From Bacillota bacterium (GTDB lineage: Bacteria; Bacillota; Clostridia; Oscillospirales; Oscillospiraceae): 64,000 nucleotides of DNA. The notes beneath the pieces are model-generated. The model was given only the letters and a program-made list of their open reading frames with translations, was not told where the DNA came from and did not search any database. The stretch spans positions 27,898 through 91,897 of the forward strand of contig JAJQHS010000030.1 in NCBI GenBank assembly GCA_021199635.1, read 5' to 3'. Shown here in pieces: positions 44,903 through 54,181 of the stretch (positions are counted from its first letter, which is position 1; each line of letters opens with the position of its first letter). Made by a program: the position numbers and the translations under genes.

Positions 44903-45181
44903 TTAGCCGTTGGCACGCATCTGCGCGAAGCACTCGCTGCAGTACACGGGACGGTCGGACTTGGGCTCGAAGGGTACCTTCGCCTCGCCGCCGCAGCGGG
45001 CGCAGGTAGCGGTGAAGAACTCACGGGGGCCACGGGCGCTGTTCTTACGAGCATCACGGCAGGCCTTGCAGCGCTGGGGCTCATTCTGGAAGCCGCGCTC
45101 TGCGTAGAACTCCTGCTCACCGGCGGTGAACACGAACTCCTTGCCGCACTCTTTGCAAACTAAAGTCTTGTCTTCGTACAT
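44903..45181 (-). CDS. Small zinc-ribbon protein (zf-trcl-like, two CxxC pairs twice)
   Basis: 92 aa. CKECGKEFVFTAGEQEFYAERGF...CKACR followed by CARCG...CSEC. RBS AAGGAG. Confidence 0.8.
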   Translation of the reverse strand: MYEDKTLVCKECGKEFVFTAGEQEFYAERGFQNEPQRCKACRDARKNSARGPREFFTATCARCGGEAKVPFEPKSDRPVYCSECFAQMRANG

Positions 45182-45280
45182 GGATATTACCTCTCCTTGG
45201 TTGAATGCCCCGTGAAAGCCCGTTGATTGTATGGTCGTAACGCGGAGTCATAAAAATGTGTGGGAATCCCACCAAATGCC

Positions 45281-45309
45281 ATTATACACAATTGTTTCTG
45301 AAAAGTCAA
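45281..45309 (-). promoter_or_regulatory. Near-consensus sigma-A promoter of the zinc-ribbon gene
   Basis: Minus strand reads TTGACT, 17 nt, TATAAT, in a locally AT-rich region. Leaves a leader of about 95 nt. Confidence 0.65.
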
Positions 45310-45377
45310 GCCTTAATTCATAATATTTTTACAAAATATACAGACTATTCAGCCCATGCCTTTCATTTTCCCGGCGT

Positions 45378-46415
45378 TCACACATCGAAGCTGGACTGCC
45401 CCTCATACGGGATGTGCAGGTGGTCGTAGGCCAGGGGCGTGACGCAGCGCCCCCTGGGCGTGCGGGTCAGGAAGCCCAGCTGCATCAGGTACGGCTCGTA
45501 CACGTCCTCCAGCGTCACCGCCTCCTCGCCGATGGTGGCCGCCAGGGTCTCCAGCCCCACGGGCCCGCCGCCGTAGCTGCGGATGATGGCGGTGAGCATC
45601 CGCCGGTCGATGGCGTCCAGCCCCAGCTTATCCACCTCCAGCCGGGAGAGCGCCAGATCGGCCGCCTCCTTGGTGATGGAGCCGTCCCCCAGCACGGTGG
45701 CGAAATCCCGCACCCGGCGCAGGAACCGGTTGGCGATCCGGGGCGTCCCCCGGCTCCGGGAGGCGATTTCCATGGCGCCGCTGGGCTCGATGTCCATGCC
45801 CAGGATGGCCGCGGAGCGGGTGACGATCCGGCAAAGCTCCTCCGGCGTGTACAGCTCCAGCCGCAGGGAAACGCCGAACCGGTCCCGCAGGGGGGCGGAC
45901 AGCTGCCCTGCCCGGGTGGTGGCGCCCACCAGGGTGAATTTGGGCAGATCCAGGCGGATGGAGTTGGCGCTGGGGCCCTTGCCCACAATGATGTCGATGG
46001 CAAAATCCTCCATCGCCGGGTAGAGGATCTCCTCCACCACCCGGTTCAGCCGGTGGATCTCGTCGATAAACAGGATGTCCCCCGGGTTCAGATTGGTCAG
46101 CAGCGCCGCCAGGTCCCCGGGCTTTTCGATGGCCGGACCGGAGGTGATGCGGATATTTACGCCCATTTCGTTGGCGATGACCCCGGCCAGGGTGGTTTTG
46201 CCCAGCCCCGGCGGGCCGTAGAGCAGGGTATGGTCCAGCGGCTCCCCCCGGCGCCTTGCGGCCTCGATATACACGGACAGGTTGCCCTTGGCCTTCTCCT
46301 GGCCGGTGTAATCGGACAGCAGCTTGGGGCGCAGGCCGATCTCCCCGGCGTCCTTGGGGTCGAAGACCGGGGAAACGATGGGAGCGGACAGCTCCTGCGA
46401 AAATTCAATGCTCAT
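45378..46415 (-). CDS. ruvB: Holliday junction branch migration helicase RuvB
   Basis: 345 aa. Walker [10 protein letters not shown] and AAA+ RuvB sequence throughout. Confidence 0.96.
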   Translation of the reverse strand: MSIEFSQELSAPIVSPVFDPKDAGEIGLRPKLLSDYTGQEKAKGNLSVYIEAARRRGEPLDHTLLYGPPGLGKTTLAGVIANEMGVNIRITSGPAIEKPGDLAALLTNLNPGDILFIDEIHRLNRVVEEILYPAMEDFAIDIIVGKGPSANSIRLDLPKFTLVGATTRAGQLSAPLRDRFGVSLRLELYTPEELCRIVTRSAAILGMDIEPSGAMEIASRSRGTPRIANRFLRRVRDFATVLGDGSITKEAADLALSRLEVDKLGLDAIDRRMLTAIIRSYGGGPVGLETLAATIGEEAVTLEDVYEPYLMQLGFLTRTPRGRCVTPLAYDHLHIPYEGQSSFDV

Positions 46416-46492
46416 AATTACCTCGTTTGATAAAAGGTTGGAAATGGAAAACGGTTTTCGGAAACGCTAGGGGGGCACGGCGGCCGGAGGGC

Positions 46493-47095
46493 CTAACCCT
46501 TCATCACCATCGCCCGCAGGGCGTAGCGCACCATCTCCTCGGTGGTGGCATCCGGGGAAACGCCCTTCAGCGCCGTGGAGATCTCCGCCGGGGAATATCC
46601 CAGCTCCTGCAGCGCGGCCCGGGCCAGGGCGGCGGCGCTTCCCGTCTGGGCAGGCGCGGACACGGTGCCGGTGGAAAAATCCAGCTCCATATTGCTGCCG
46701 CCGATTTTATCCTTCAGCTCCAGGATGATCCGCTGGGCGATCTTCTTCCCCACGCCCTGGGCGGCGGTGAGCATCTTCTCATCCCCGGTCATGACGGCCA
46801 GGGTAAAATTCTGCGGGCCACCGGCGGACAATATGGCCATGGCGGCCTTGGGCCCCACGCCATTGACGGAGGTCAGCAGCGTATAGCACCGCTGCTCCTC
46901 CCGGCTGATGAAGCCGTACAGGTCGAAGGCATCCTCCCGGATGACCTCGGTGACGTACAGCCGGGCGGGCTGGTTCAGCTTCAATTGCCCGGCGGTATAG
47001 GCCGATACACAGCAGCCGTAGCCCACGCCGCCGCAGTCCACCACGGCCAGCCCCGGCTCCAGCACGGTGACCTGCCCGGAAACGTAATAAATCAT
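46493..47095 (-). CDS. ruvA: Holliday junction DNA-binding protein RuvA
   Basis: 200 aa from the ATG at 47095 (MIYYVSGQV...). HhH motifs. 4-nt overlap with the ruvC stop. Confidence 0.93.
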   Translation of the reverse strand: MIYYVSGQVTVLEPGLAVVDCGGVGYGCCVSAYTAGQLKLNQPARLYVTEVIREDAFDLYGFISREEQRCYTLLTSVNGVGPKAAMAILSAGGPQNFTLAVMTGDEKMLTAAQGVGKKIAQRIILELKDKIGGSNMELDFSTGTVSAPAQTGSAAALARAALQELGYSPAEISTALKGVSPDATTEEMVRYALRAMVMKG

Positions 47096-47616
47096 GTCTT
47101 TCCTCCTGAAATTTCGCGGTGCGCCCCGGCGGCCTGGGCCAGCAGGGAGGTGCTGGAGCGGGCATGGCACAGGGCGATGGCAATCGCGTCCGCCGCGTCG
47201 TCCGGCTTGGGCATGGCCTCCAGGTGGAGCAGCCGCCGGGTCATATCCATCATCTGGTGCTTGGTGGCGTTGCCGTAGCCCACCAGCGCCTGCTTGACCT
47301 GGGAGGGCTTGTAGGGGACGGCCTCCAGCCCGGCCTGGCGGATGGCCAGCAGGATGACCCCCCGGCTCTGGGCCACGCCTATGCCGGTGGTCACATTCTG
47401 GCCGAAGAACAGCTCCTCAATGGCCACCGCGTCCGGCTGGGCCGCCGCCAGCAGCTGGCGCATATCCTCATAAATGACCTCCAGCCGGGCGGAAAACTCC
47501 ATGCCCGGCGGTGTGGTGATGGCGCCGCACTGCAAAAGCCGGGACTGGCCCCGCTCCGACTCGATCAGGCCGAAGCCGGTGGTGCCGTAGCCCGGGTCGA
47601 TGCCCAGTATCCGCAT
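47092..47616 (-). CDS. ruvC: Crossover junction endodeoxyribonuclease RuvC
   Basis: MRILGIDPGYG... Either ATG at 47616 or GTG at 47619 could be the start; the ATG shares a TGATG junction with the upstream small ORF. Confidence 0.93.
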   Translation of the reverse strand: MRILGIDPGYGTTGFGLIESERGQSRLLQCGAITTPPGMEFSARLEVIYEDMRQLLAAAQPDAVAIEELFFGQNVTTGIGVAQSRGVILLAIRQAGLEAVPYKPSQVKQALVGYGNATKHQMMDMTRRLLHLEAMPKPDDAADAIAIALCHARSSTSLLAQAAGAHREISGGKT

Positions 47617-47780
47617 CACAGCCCACCCTGGGCGATCTGCCAGCAGTACAGCAGAAAGGCGATCAGCACGATCCCCGCGCCGATCCGGGCGGCCCAGACC
47701 TGCCAGGCCGGACGGGGACGGTAGCCCTCCTGGTGCAGGATTTCCGCCTCGTTGGGAATTTCCTGGTCTTTATCCTCCAT
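47616..47780 (-). CDS. Small membrane protein (54 aa), translationally coupled to ruvC; not in the ORF track (below size cut-off)
   Basis: Hand translation: MEDKDQEIPNEAEILHQEGYRPRPAWQVWAARIGAGIVLIAFLLYCWQIAQGGL. AAGGAG lies 8 nt upstream. One TM helix. The stop TGA overlaps the ruvC ATG. Confidence 0.5.
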   Translation of the reverse strand: MEDKDQEIPNEAEILHQEGYRPRPAWQVWAARIGAGIVLIAFLLYCWQIAQGGL

Positions 47781-47923
47781 ATTCGCTCACTCCTTTGGAT
47801 TATGATAGCACATTTGTTCCAGTTTTCCTACAATTTTTTTGAAAAAACCAAAAAAACATTTCCATCTCCCCTCCTTTGCGGTAGAATAAAGGCGGAAAAA
47901 CCGGGGCGTAGCCCCGCTATCAG

Positions 47924-48949
47924 GTGATTTTTATGGCAAAACGAATTTTCCCACTGCTCCTTACGGCGCTGCTGCTGGCCGGATGCGGCCGCGTGTCCGG
48001 CGGCGCGGGGCAATACCAGCGCACATACCTGGACCTGTTTGACACGGTGACCTACATCACCGGCCTGGCGGATTCCCAGGCGGAATTTGACGAAATGGCG
48101 CAGAATGTCCACGATGCGCTGTGGGAATACCACTGCCTTTTCGACATTTACCACGAGTACGACGGGATGAACAATCTGAAAACCGTGAACGACAGCGCCG
48201 GCGGCGCGCCGGTGACTGTGGACAGCCGGATCCTCCGGCTCCTTCTGGCCTGCCGGGAATATGACGCGCTGACCGGCGGGAAGGTGAACGCCGCCATGGG
48301 CAGCGTCCTGTCCCTCTGGCACGACGCCCGGGAAGCGGCGCTGGAAGACCCGGAGGCGGCGGCTTTGCCGGATGCTTCCGCGCTGGCGGAGGCGGCACGG
48401 CACACGGACTGGGACTGCGTGATCATCGATGAGGAGAACGGCACCGTCTGCCTGACGGACCCGGAGATGTCCCTGGACGTGGGCGCCATCGCCAAGGGCT
48501 GGGCGCTGCAGCAGGTGGCGGAGACGGCCCCGGAGGGGCTGCTGATCAGCCTGGGTGGCAATGTCTGCGCCACATCCGACAAGGCCGGGCAGCCCTGGCT
48601 GGTGGGGGTGAACGATCCGGACGGCGCTGACGCCTACCTCTGCACCCTGGCGCTGAGCGCGGGCAGCGCGGTGACCAGCGGGGATTACCAGCGGTATTTC
48701 ACCGTGGATGGGGAGAATTACAACCATATTATTGACCCGGACACCCTGTATCCCGGGACGCTGTGGCGCTCGGTGACGGTGGTGTGCGCGGATTCCGGGC
48801 TGGGGGACGCGCTGTCCACGGCGCTGTTCCTGCTGCCGCTGGAGGAGGGGCTTGCCCTGGCGGAGCAGTGCGGCGCGGAGGCCATGTGGGTGGACGGCAG
48901 CGGGGAGATTTTTTACTCCCCGGGGTTCGAGGACCTGCTTTCCAACTGA
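47924..48949 (+). CDS. apbE: FAD:protein FMN transferase (ApbE family lipoprotein)
   Basis: 341 aa. Lipobox LLLAGCG and ApbE-family sequence (SLDVGAIAKGWA, SGDYQRYF). Confidence 0.9.
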   Translation: MIFMAKRIFPLLLTALLLAGCGRVSGGAGQYQRTYLDLFDTVTYITGLADSQAEFDEMAQNVHDALWEYHCLFDIYHEYDGMNNLKTVNDSAGGAPVTVDSRILRLLLACREYDALTGGKVNAAMGSVLSLWHDAREAALEDPEAAALPDASALAEAARHTDWDCVIIDEENGTVCLTDPEMSLDVGAIAKGWALQQVAETAPEGLLISLGGNVCATSDKAGQPWLVGVNDPDGADAYLCTLALSAGSAVTSGDYQRYFTVDGENYNHIIDPDTLYPGTLWRSVTVVCADSGLGDALSTALFLLPLEEGLALAEQCGAEAMWVDGSGEIFYSPGFEDLLSN

Positions 48950-48975
48950 TATCAGTCCACTGGGATGGAACAATT

Positions 48976-49022
48976 CCAAATCCGACCCTGCGGGGAAGGG
49001 CACATGGCCCTACGGAGCGGGC
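48976..49022 (+). repeat. Degenerate copy G of the dispersed hairpin repeat
   Basis: CCAAATCCGACCCTGCGGGGAAGGGCACATGGCCCTACGGAGCGGG keeps the left box and right half, but the left stem arm is lost. Confidence 0.5.
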
Positions 49023-49115
49023 CGCCGAAAATGGGTGCGGATCATCCGCCCTGCGGGGCATATTGCGGCGGCAGGGAATGTGCGGGAAATTTTCCAAAAA
49101 ATGTAAAAATAGGTC

Positions 49116-49148
49116 TTGACAAACCCTAAAATTTGAATTATTCTAATT
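49116..49148 (+). promoter_or_regulatory. Predicted promoter of the Fur-family operon with overlapping 19-bp imperfect palindrome (candidate Fur/Zur box)
   Basis: TTGACA, 17 nt, TATTCT. AATTTGAATTATTCTAATT (49130-49148) matches its own reverse complement at 16 of 19 positions and covers the -10. Confidence 0.55.
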
Positions 49149-49189
49149 CCAGACTCAGAAAGTAAAATCCACCTTTCGGAGGGAACGCT

Positions 49190-49549
49190 GTGACGAATAA
49201 GGAACGGATCCTGCAGATCGTGCTGGAGTCTGCTGATCATCCCACCGCGGACGATATTTACCTGCGCCTGCGCACATCCGGCAAGCAGATCACGCTGGCC
49301 ACCGTGTACAACAACCTGCACGCCCTCTGCGCGGAGGGGAAAATCCGCAGCATCTCCTTTGACGAGAAATCCGAGCGCTACGACAAGCCCCTGCGCCACG
49401 ACCACCTTATCTGCCGCGGCTGCGGGAAGGTCAGCGATATCACGCTGGCGGACATCAAAGCCCAGCTGGAGGAAGCCTGCGGCCTGGAGCTGGACAGCTA
49501 TGATCTGAAAATGTTCTACCGCTGCGCGGATTGCCGCGGCCGCGGATAA
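49190..49549 (+). CDS. Fur-family metalloregulator (Zur/PerR/Fur; Zur suspected from context)
   Basis: 119 aa. GTG start with GGAGGG 6 nt upstream. Winged HTH, HDH motif, and CRGC and CADC pairs. Confidence 0.88.
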   Translation: MTNKERILQIVLESADHPTADDIYLRLRTSGKQITLATVYNNLHALCAEGKIRSISFDEKSERYDKPLRHDHLICRGCGKVSDITLADIKAQLEEACGLELDSYDLKMFYRCADCRGRG

Positions 49550-49604
49550 CGGCATATACGGGTGCATTCCAATTCCCGTAAATATAAACCAAGGAGGTTC
49601 TGAC

Positions 49605-50177
49605 ATGAGAAGTATTACAACATTGGACCTGCAGTACGCGCACCGCTTCTATGGATTCCAGGGCGAAGCGCAGTACCTGCATGGACATACGGGCGTTCTC
49701 ACCATCGAGGTCGAGGACAATGTGCTGCTGACGCCCAGCGTCAACATGGTTTTCCCCTGCAACGAGATCCAGAAGACCGCGTGGGAGGTGCTGAAAAACT
49801 TTGACCATGCCCTGATCCTGCGGGAGGACGACCCCCTGCTGCCGGCGATTCTGGCGGTGTATGAGAAGCAGGGAATCCGCAACGGCGCCCCCACCAACGT
49901 GATGAAGGGCCCCACCTTCCAAACGGAGCTGGCCACGGCCTATCCGGAGTGCCGGGTGGTCGTCACCAAGGAGACCATGACGGTGGAGGGCATGATCAAG
50001 ATCGTTTACGATCTGCTGAAGGACAAGCTGAACATCGCCAAGCTCACATTCACCAGCGGCGTAAACGCCGCTTCCCAGGAATATCCTGTGGACAGGAGCA
50101 TCGAGCGCTGCCCGCTGTGCGGCATTGCGCTGGGCGAGGACGGCGTCTGCCCCAAGTGCGGCTATCGGAAGCCCTGA
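49605..50177 (+). CDS. 6-pyruvoyl-tetrahydropterin synthase / QueD-family protein with C-terminal CxxC...CxxC zinc ribbon
   Basis: 190 aa. PTPS-like N-terminus (YAHRFYGFQGEAQYLHGHTG) with an extra tail CPLCGIALGEDGVCPKCG. Confidence 0.7.
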   Translation: MRSITTLDLQYAHRFYGFQGEAQYLHGHTGVLTIEVEDNVLLTPSVNMVFPCNEIQKTAWEVLKNFDHALILREDDPLLPAILAVYEKQGIRNGAPTNVMKGPTFQTELATAYPECRVVVTKETMTVEGMIKIVYDLLKDKLNIAKLTFTSGVNAASQEYPVDRSIERCPLCGIALGEDGVCPKCGYRKP

Positions 50178-50246
50178 AAACAGGCAATCACAGGAAAAAG
50201 GGCAGCGGATGGCTGCCCTTTTCGGTCGGATAGATAGGAGTCGGAA

Positions 50247-51026
50247 ATGGACAACGCAATGTATCATCTGTGCATCTGGATCCCGTTTGCGGGGACCACG
50301 CTGGGAGCCGCGTCCTCCCTGCTGATCAAGAACGCCCTGAACCGGACGCTGGAGCGGTTCCTGGTGGGCTTCGCCGCCGGGGTCATGGTGGCGGCTTCCA
50401 TATGGAGCCTGCTCGTCCCCGCGGTGGAGCTGGCCGGCGGGACGGGACTGTCGGCGGTGTTCCCGGCCGTGGCCGGGTTCTGGGTGGGCATGCTGTTCCT
50501 GCTGATGCTGGACCGGCACATTCCCCATATGCACGGGGAGGAGACGGAGGGCCCACAATCCGCCCTGTCCAAGAGCGCCAAGCTGGTGCTGGCGGTGACC
50601 CTGCATAACATCCCGGAGGGGATGGCTGTGGGCGTGGTCGTGGCCGGGTGGCTGTCCGGCGATGGGGCGATCTCCCTCTCCGCGGCGCTGGCGCTGGCTG
50701 TGGGCATCGCCATCCAGAATTTCCCGGAGGGGGCGATCATTTCCATGCCCCTGCGGGCCGGCGGCGCGGGGAAATGGCGCGCCTGCGGATACGGTATCCT
50801 GTCCGGCATTGTGGAGCCTGCGGCGGCGCTGGTGACGATCGCGCTGGCCGGTGTGCTGACCCCGATCCTGCCGTATACCCTGGGCTTCGCCGCCGGGGCG
50901 ATGCTGTATGTGGTGGTGGAGGAGCTGATCCCGGAGATGTCCGGGCAGCCCCATTCCAACCTGGGCACCATCGCATTCTCGGCCGGGTTCTCCCTGATGA
51001 TGGCGCTGGATATTTTGCTGGGATAG
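50247..51026 (+). CDS. ZIP-family divalent metal (zinc) transporter, ZupT-like
   Basis: 259 aa, 8 TM. LHNIPEGMAVG and IQNFPEGAI motifs. Confidence 0.9.
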   Translation: MDNAMYHLCIWIPFAGTTLGAASSLLIKNALNRTLERFLVGFAAGVMVAASIWSLLVPAVELAGGTGLSAVFPAVAGFWVGMLFLLMLDRHIPHMHGEETEGPQSALSKSAKLVLAVTLHNIPEGMAVGVVVAGWLSGDGAISLSAALALAVGIAIQNFPEGAIISMPLRAGGAGKWRACGYGILSGIVEPAAALVTIALAGVLTPILPYTLGFAAGAMLYVVVEELIPEMSGQPHSNLGTIAFSAGFSLMMALDILLG

Positions 51027-51047
51027 GAAATTTTCCGGCGAAAAAAT

Positions 51048-51079
51048 AGGCGGATCGCCTGCATTGCAGCGGTCCGCCT
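51048..51079. terminator. Bidirectional terminator between the ZIP gene and pta
   Basis: 11-bp stem (one G-U pair) AGGCGGATCGC/GCGGTCCGCCT, flanked by an A-run upstream and GAATTTTTA downstream. Confidence 0.7.
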
Positions 51080-51111
51080 GAATTTTTATGGAGATACCGG
51101 GAGCCGGTGGA

Positions 51112-52110
51112 TCACACCAGCGCCGCGGTGATGATGGCCATCTTGTACACTTCGTCAGCGTTGCAGCCGCGGCTCAGGTCGTTGATGGGCGCGGCCAGTC
51201 CCTGCAGGATGGGGCCGTAGGCCTCGAACCCGCCCAGCCGCTGGGCGATCTTGTAGCCGATGTTGCCCGCCTCGATGCAGGGGAAGATGAAGGTGTTGGC
51301 GTGGCCCGCCACCGGGGAGCCGGGGAACTTCAGCTGGCCCACCTCCGGCGCAACGGCGGCGTCGAACTGCATTTCCCCGTCGATGGCCAGCTCGGGCGCC
51401 AGCTCCTTGGCGACGGCGGTGGCGTCGTGGCTCAGCTGGACGGTGCCGCCCTTGCCGGAGCCGTTGGTGGAGAAGCTGAGCATGGCGACCTTGGGATCGA
51501 TGCCGAAAACCTTGGCGGTTTTGGCGGTCTCCACGGCGACCTCCGCCAGCTTCCGGGCGGCGGAGATGGTCACATTGCCCTCCTTGTCCACGCTGTCCTC
51601 ATAGCTCAGGTTGATGGCGCAGTCGCCCATGGCCAGCTTTTCCTCGCCGCGCACCAGGATGAAGCAGGAGGATACCAGGTTCGCGCCCTTTTTGGTTTTC
51701 ACCAGCTGCAGGGCAGGGCGGACGGTGTCGGCGGTGGAATAGGTCGCGCCGCCCAGCAGGGAGTCGGCGTAGCCCATCTTCACCAGCATGGTGCCGAAAT
51801 AGTTGCCCTTGGACAGCGCCTTGCGGCAGTCCTCCGGGGACATTTTGCCCCGGCGCAGCTCCACCATCTTGTCCACCATGGCGTCCATCTCCGGATAGGT
51901 GGCCGGGTCGAGGATCTCCACGCCCTCGATGTTGTAGCCGCCCTTGGCCGCGTTCTCCCGGACGGTGTCCACATTGCCAATGAGGATGGGGATCAGGAAG
52001 CCGCCCTTGACCAGCCGGTCCGTGGCCTCCAGGATGCGGGCATCGTGCCCCTCGGTGAATACGATTTTCCGGGGATTGGCCTTCAGGGTTTCAATCATTG
52101 CGTCAAACAT
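51112..52110 (-). CDS. pta: Phosphate acetyltransferase
   Basis: 332 aa from the ATG at 52110 (RBS GGAGG). Full-length PTA_PTB family sequence. Confidence 0.9.
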   Translation of the reverse strand: MFDAMIETLKANPRKIVFTEGHDARILEATDRLVKGGFLIPILIGNVDTVRENAAKGGYNIEGVEILDPATYPEMDAMVDKMVELRRGKMSPEDCRKALSKGNYFGTMLVKMGYADSLLGGATYSTADTVRPALQLVKTKKGANLVSSCFILVRGEEKLAMGDCAINLSYEDSVDKEGNVTISAARKLAEVAVETAKTAKVFGIDPKVAMLSFSTNGSGKGGTVQLSHDATAVAKELAPELAIDGEMQFDAAVAPEVGQLKFPGSPVAGHANTFIFPCIEAGNIGYKIAQRLGGFEAYGPILQGLAAPINDLSRGCNADEVYKMAIITAALV

Positions 52111-52207
52111 GACAGTATTCCTCCAATTTTCGGGCTGTGCCCGTATTTCTACACATACATTATACATCATTCCGTTCCGGGACGCAACCCCTTTCCCGCG
52201 CTCGGCG

Positions 52208-52241
52208 GAAAAAATGCCCCGGAGCGCACGCTCCGGGGCAT
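52208..52241 (-). terminator. Rho-independent terminator after rny
   Basis: 12-bp stem ATGCCCCGGAGC/GCTCCGGGGCAT, followed on the minus strand by TTTTTT. Confidence 0.85.
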
Positions 52242-52245
52242 GGGA

Positions 52246-53799
52246 TCATTTGGCGTATTCCACGGCCTTGGTTTCCCGGATCAGGTTGACCTTGATCTGC
52301 CCCGGGTACTCCAGCTCGGCTTCCAGCTTCCTGGCGATGTCCCGGGCCATGAGGATCATATTGTCCTCGGATACCACCTCGGGCTTGACCATGATCCGGA
52401 CCTCCCGGCCGGCCTGGATGGCGTAGGCCTTCTCCACGCCGGGGTAAGAGCCGATCAGCTCCTCCAGCTTCTCCAGCCGGCGGATGTAGCTCTCCACATT
52501 CTCCCGGCGGGCGCCGGGACGGGCGGCGGACACGGCGTCTGCGGCCTGCACCAGCACGGCGATGACCGTCTTCGGCTCCACATCGCCGTGGTGTGCCTCG
52601 ATGGCGTTGACCACCACGGGATTTTCCTTATACTTCCGCGCCAGGTCGGCGCCCAGCTGCACATGGCTGCCCTCCACCTCGTGGTCGATGGACTTGCCCA
52701 GGTCGTGGAGCAGTCCGGCCCGCTTGGCCAGCGCCACGTCCACGCCCAGCTCGGCTGCCATCAGCCCGGCCAGGTGCGCCACCTCGATGGAATGGTTCAG
52801 CACGTTCTGGCCGTAGGAGGTGCGGTATTTCTGGCGGCCCAGGATCTTGACCAGCTCCGGGTTCAGGTTATGCACGCCGGTCTCGTAGCAGGCGCGCTCG
52901 CCCTCCTCCCGGATGGTGCGGTCCACCTCTTTGCGGGCCTTCTCCACCATATCCTCGATGCGGGTGGGATGGATGCGGCCGTCGGCGATGAGCTTTTCCA
53001 GCGCCAGGCGGGCGATCTCCCGGCGGACGGGGTCGAAGCTGGACACGGTGATGGCCTCCGGCGTATCGTCAATGATCAGGTCCACGCCGGTGACGGTTTC
53101 CAATGTGCGGATATTGCGCCCCTCGCGGCCGATGATGCGGCCCTTCATCTCATCGTTGGGCAGCGGCACTACGGATACGGTGCATTCGGCGGCATGGTCG
53201 GCGGCGCAGCGCTGGATGGCGGTGGAGAGGATCTCCCGGGCCTTTTCCTCGGCCTCGTCCTTCATCTTCTGCTCCAGCTCTTTGATCTTCATAGCGGTTT
53301 CGTGGCGGACATCGTCCTCCACGCTTTGCAGCAGGACGCCCTTGGCCTGCTCCTGGGTCAGCCCGGAGATCTCCTCCAGCGCGGCCAGCTGCTGGTCGCG
53401 GATCTGCTCGGCCTGGGCCTGGGTCTGGGCGGCGGCGGCGAGCTTCTTGGAAAGCTCCTCCTCCTTACGCTCGTAGGCGTCGGTCTTCTTGTCCAGGTTT
53501 TCTTCCTTCTGCTGCAGCCGGCGCTCCTGCTTGCTCAGCTCTGCCCGGCGCTCCTTGACTTCCTTTTCGTACTCTGTGCGGGATTTATGGATTTCGTCCT
53601 TCGCCTCCAGGAGCATTTCCTTCTTGCGGCTTTCCCCGCTGTGGATGGCTTCGTTGATCAGCCGGGTGGCCTCCGTTTCCGCGGAGCCGATCTCCCGCTC
53701 CGCCACCTTCTTGCGGTAAATGACTCCCAGCAGGAAGCCCACCGCCAGGCCGACGATAATGGCGACGATGATCAGGACGATTGCTAAAATTTGATCCAT
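52246..53799 (-). CDS. rny: Ribonuclease Y
   Basis: 517 aa from the ATG at 53799. N-terminal TM helix, coiled coil, KH domain ([11 protein letters not shown]) and HD domain (HSIEVAHL...LLHDLGK). Confidence 0.95.
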   Translation of the reverse strand: MDQILAIVLIIVAIIVGLAVGFLLGVIYRKKVAEREIGSAETEATRLINEAIHSGESRKKEMLLEAKDEIHKSRTEYEKEVKERRAELSKQERRLQQKEENLDKKTDAYERKEEELSKKLAAAAQTQAQAEQIRDQQLAALEEISGLTQEQAKGVLLQSVEDDVRHETAMKIKELEQKMKDEAEEKAREILSTAIQRCAADHAAECTVSVVPLPNDEMKGRIIGREGRNIRTLETVTGVDLIIDDTPEAITVSSFDPVRREIARLALEKLIADGRIHPTRIEDMVEKARKEVDRTIREEGERACYETGVHNLNPELVKILGRQKYRTSYGQNVLNHSIEVAHLAGLMAAELGVDVALAKRAGLLHDLGKSIDHEVEGSHVQLGADLARKYKENPVVVNAIEAHHGDVEPKTVIAVLVQAADAVSAARPGARRENVESYIRRLEKLEELIGSYPGVEKAYAIQAGREVRIMVKPEVVSEDNMILMARDIARKLEAELEYPGQIKVNLIRETKAVEYAK

Positions 53800-54069
53800 A
53801 ACTCTTGAGCGCACCTCCTTCACTGTAATAAAAATGGGATCGCGTAAGTGAAAGGGGGCGGGCGCAATGGACCCCGTGTGAATTTTTGCAGCACTACAAT
53901 GCCCGCTTAGCGGGCAAAATAACATCGGGCTCCCGGGCGGACCCCGCCGCGGAAGCTCTTATCTGTAAAAAACGCCTGAGGCGCATAACGCTCGACCCCG
54001 GCTTACGCCGGTTATCCATGAAACGCCGCGGGGAAGCACATGCCCGGCGGCGCACACTATACCATAATT

Positions 54070-54098
54070 ATTTTACCCGTGAAACCGTAGAATGTCAA
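54070..54098 (-). promoter_or_regulatory. Predicted sigma-A promoter of rny with a ~260-nt leader
   Basis: Minus strand reads TTGACA, 17 nt, TAAAAT. No closer consensus promoter was seen before the rny ATG. Confidence 0.55.
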
Positions 54099-54124
54099 GG
54101 ATAATTCGAAAAAAACCGCTCAAA

Positions 54125-54161
54125 AGGAAAAGCAGCCCACCCCAATGGGGCGGACTGCTGC
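54125..54161 (-). terminator. Terminator after the GH31 gene
   Basis: Imperfect 13-bp stem (11 pairs) AGCAGCCCACCCC/GGGGCGGACTGCT, followed on the minus strand by TTTTCCTTTT. Confidence 0.6.
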
Positions 54162-54181
54162 CAAAAACCGGCAAAATTTCG

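Noticed and set aside
51088-53787. 899-aa plus-strand ORF
   Set aside because: It is antisense to pta and rny and crosses their intergenic terminator.
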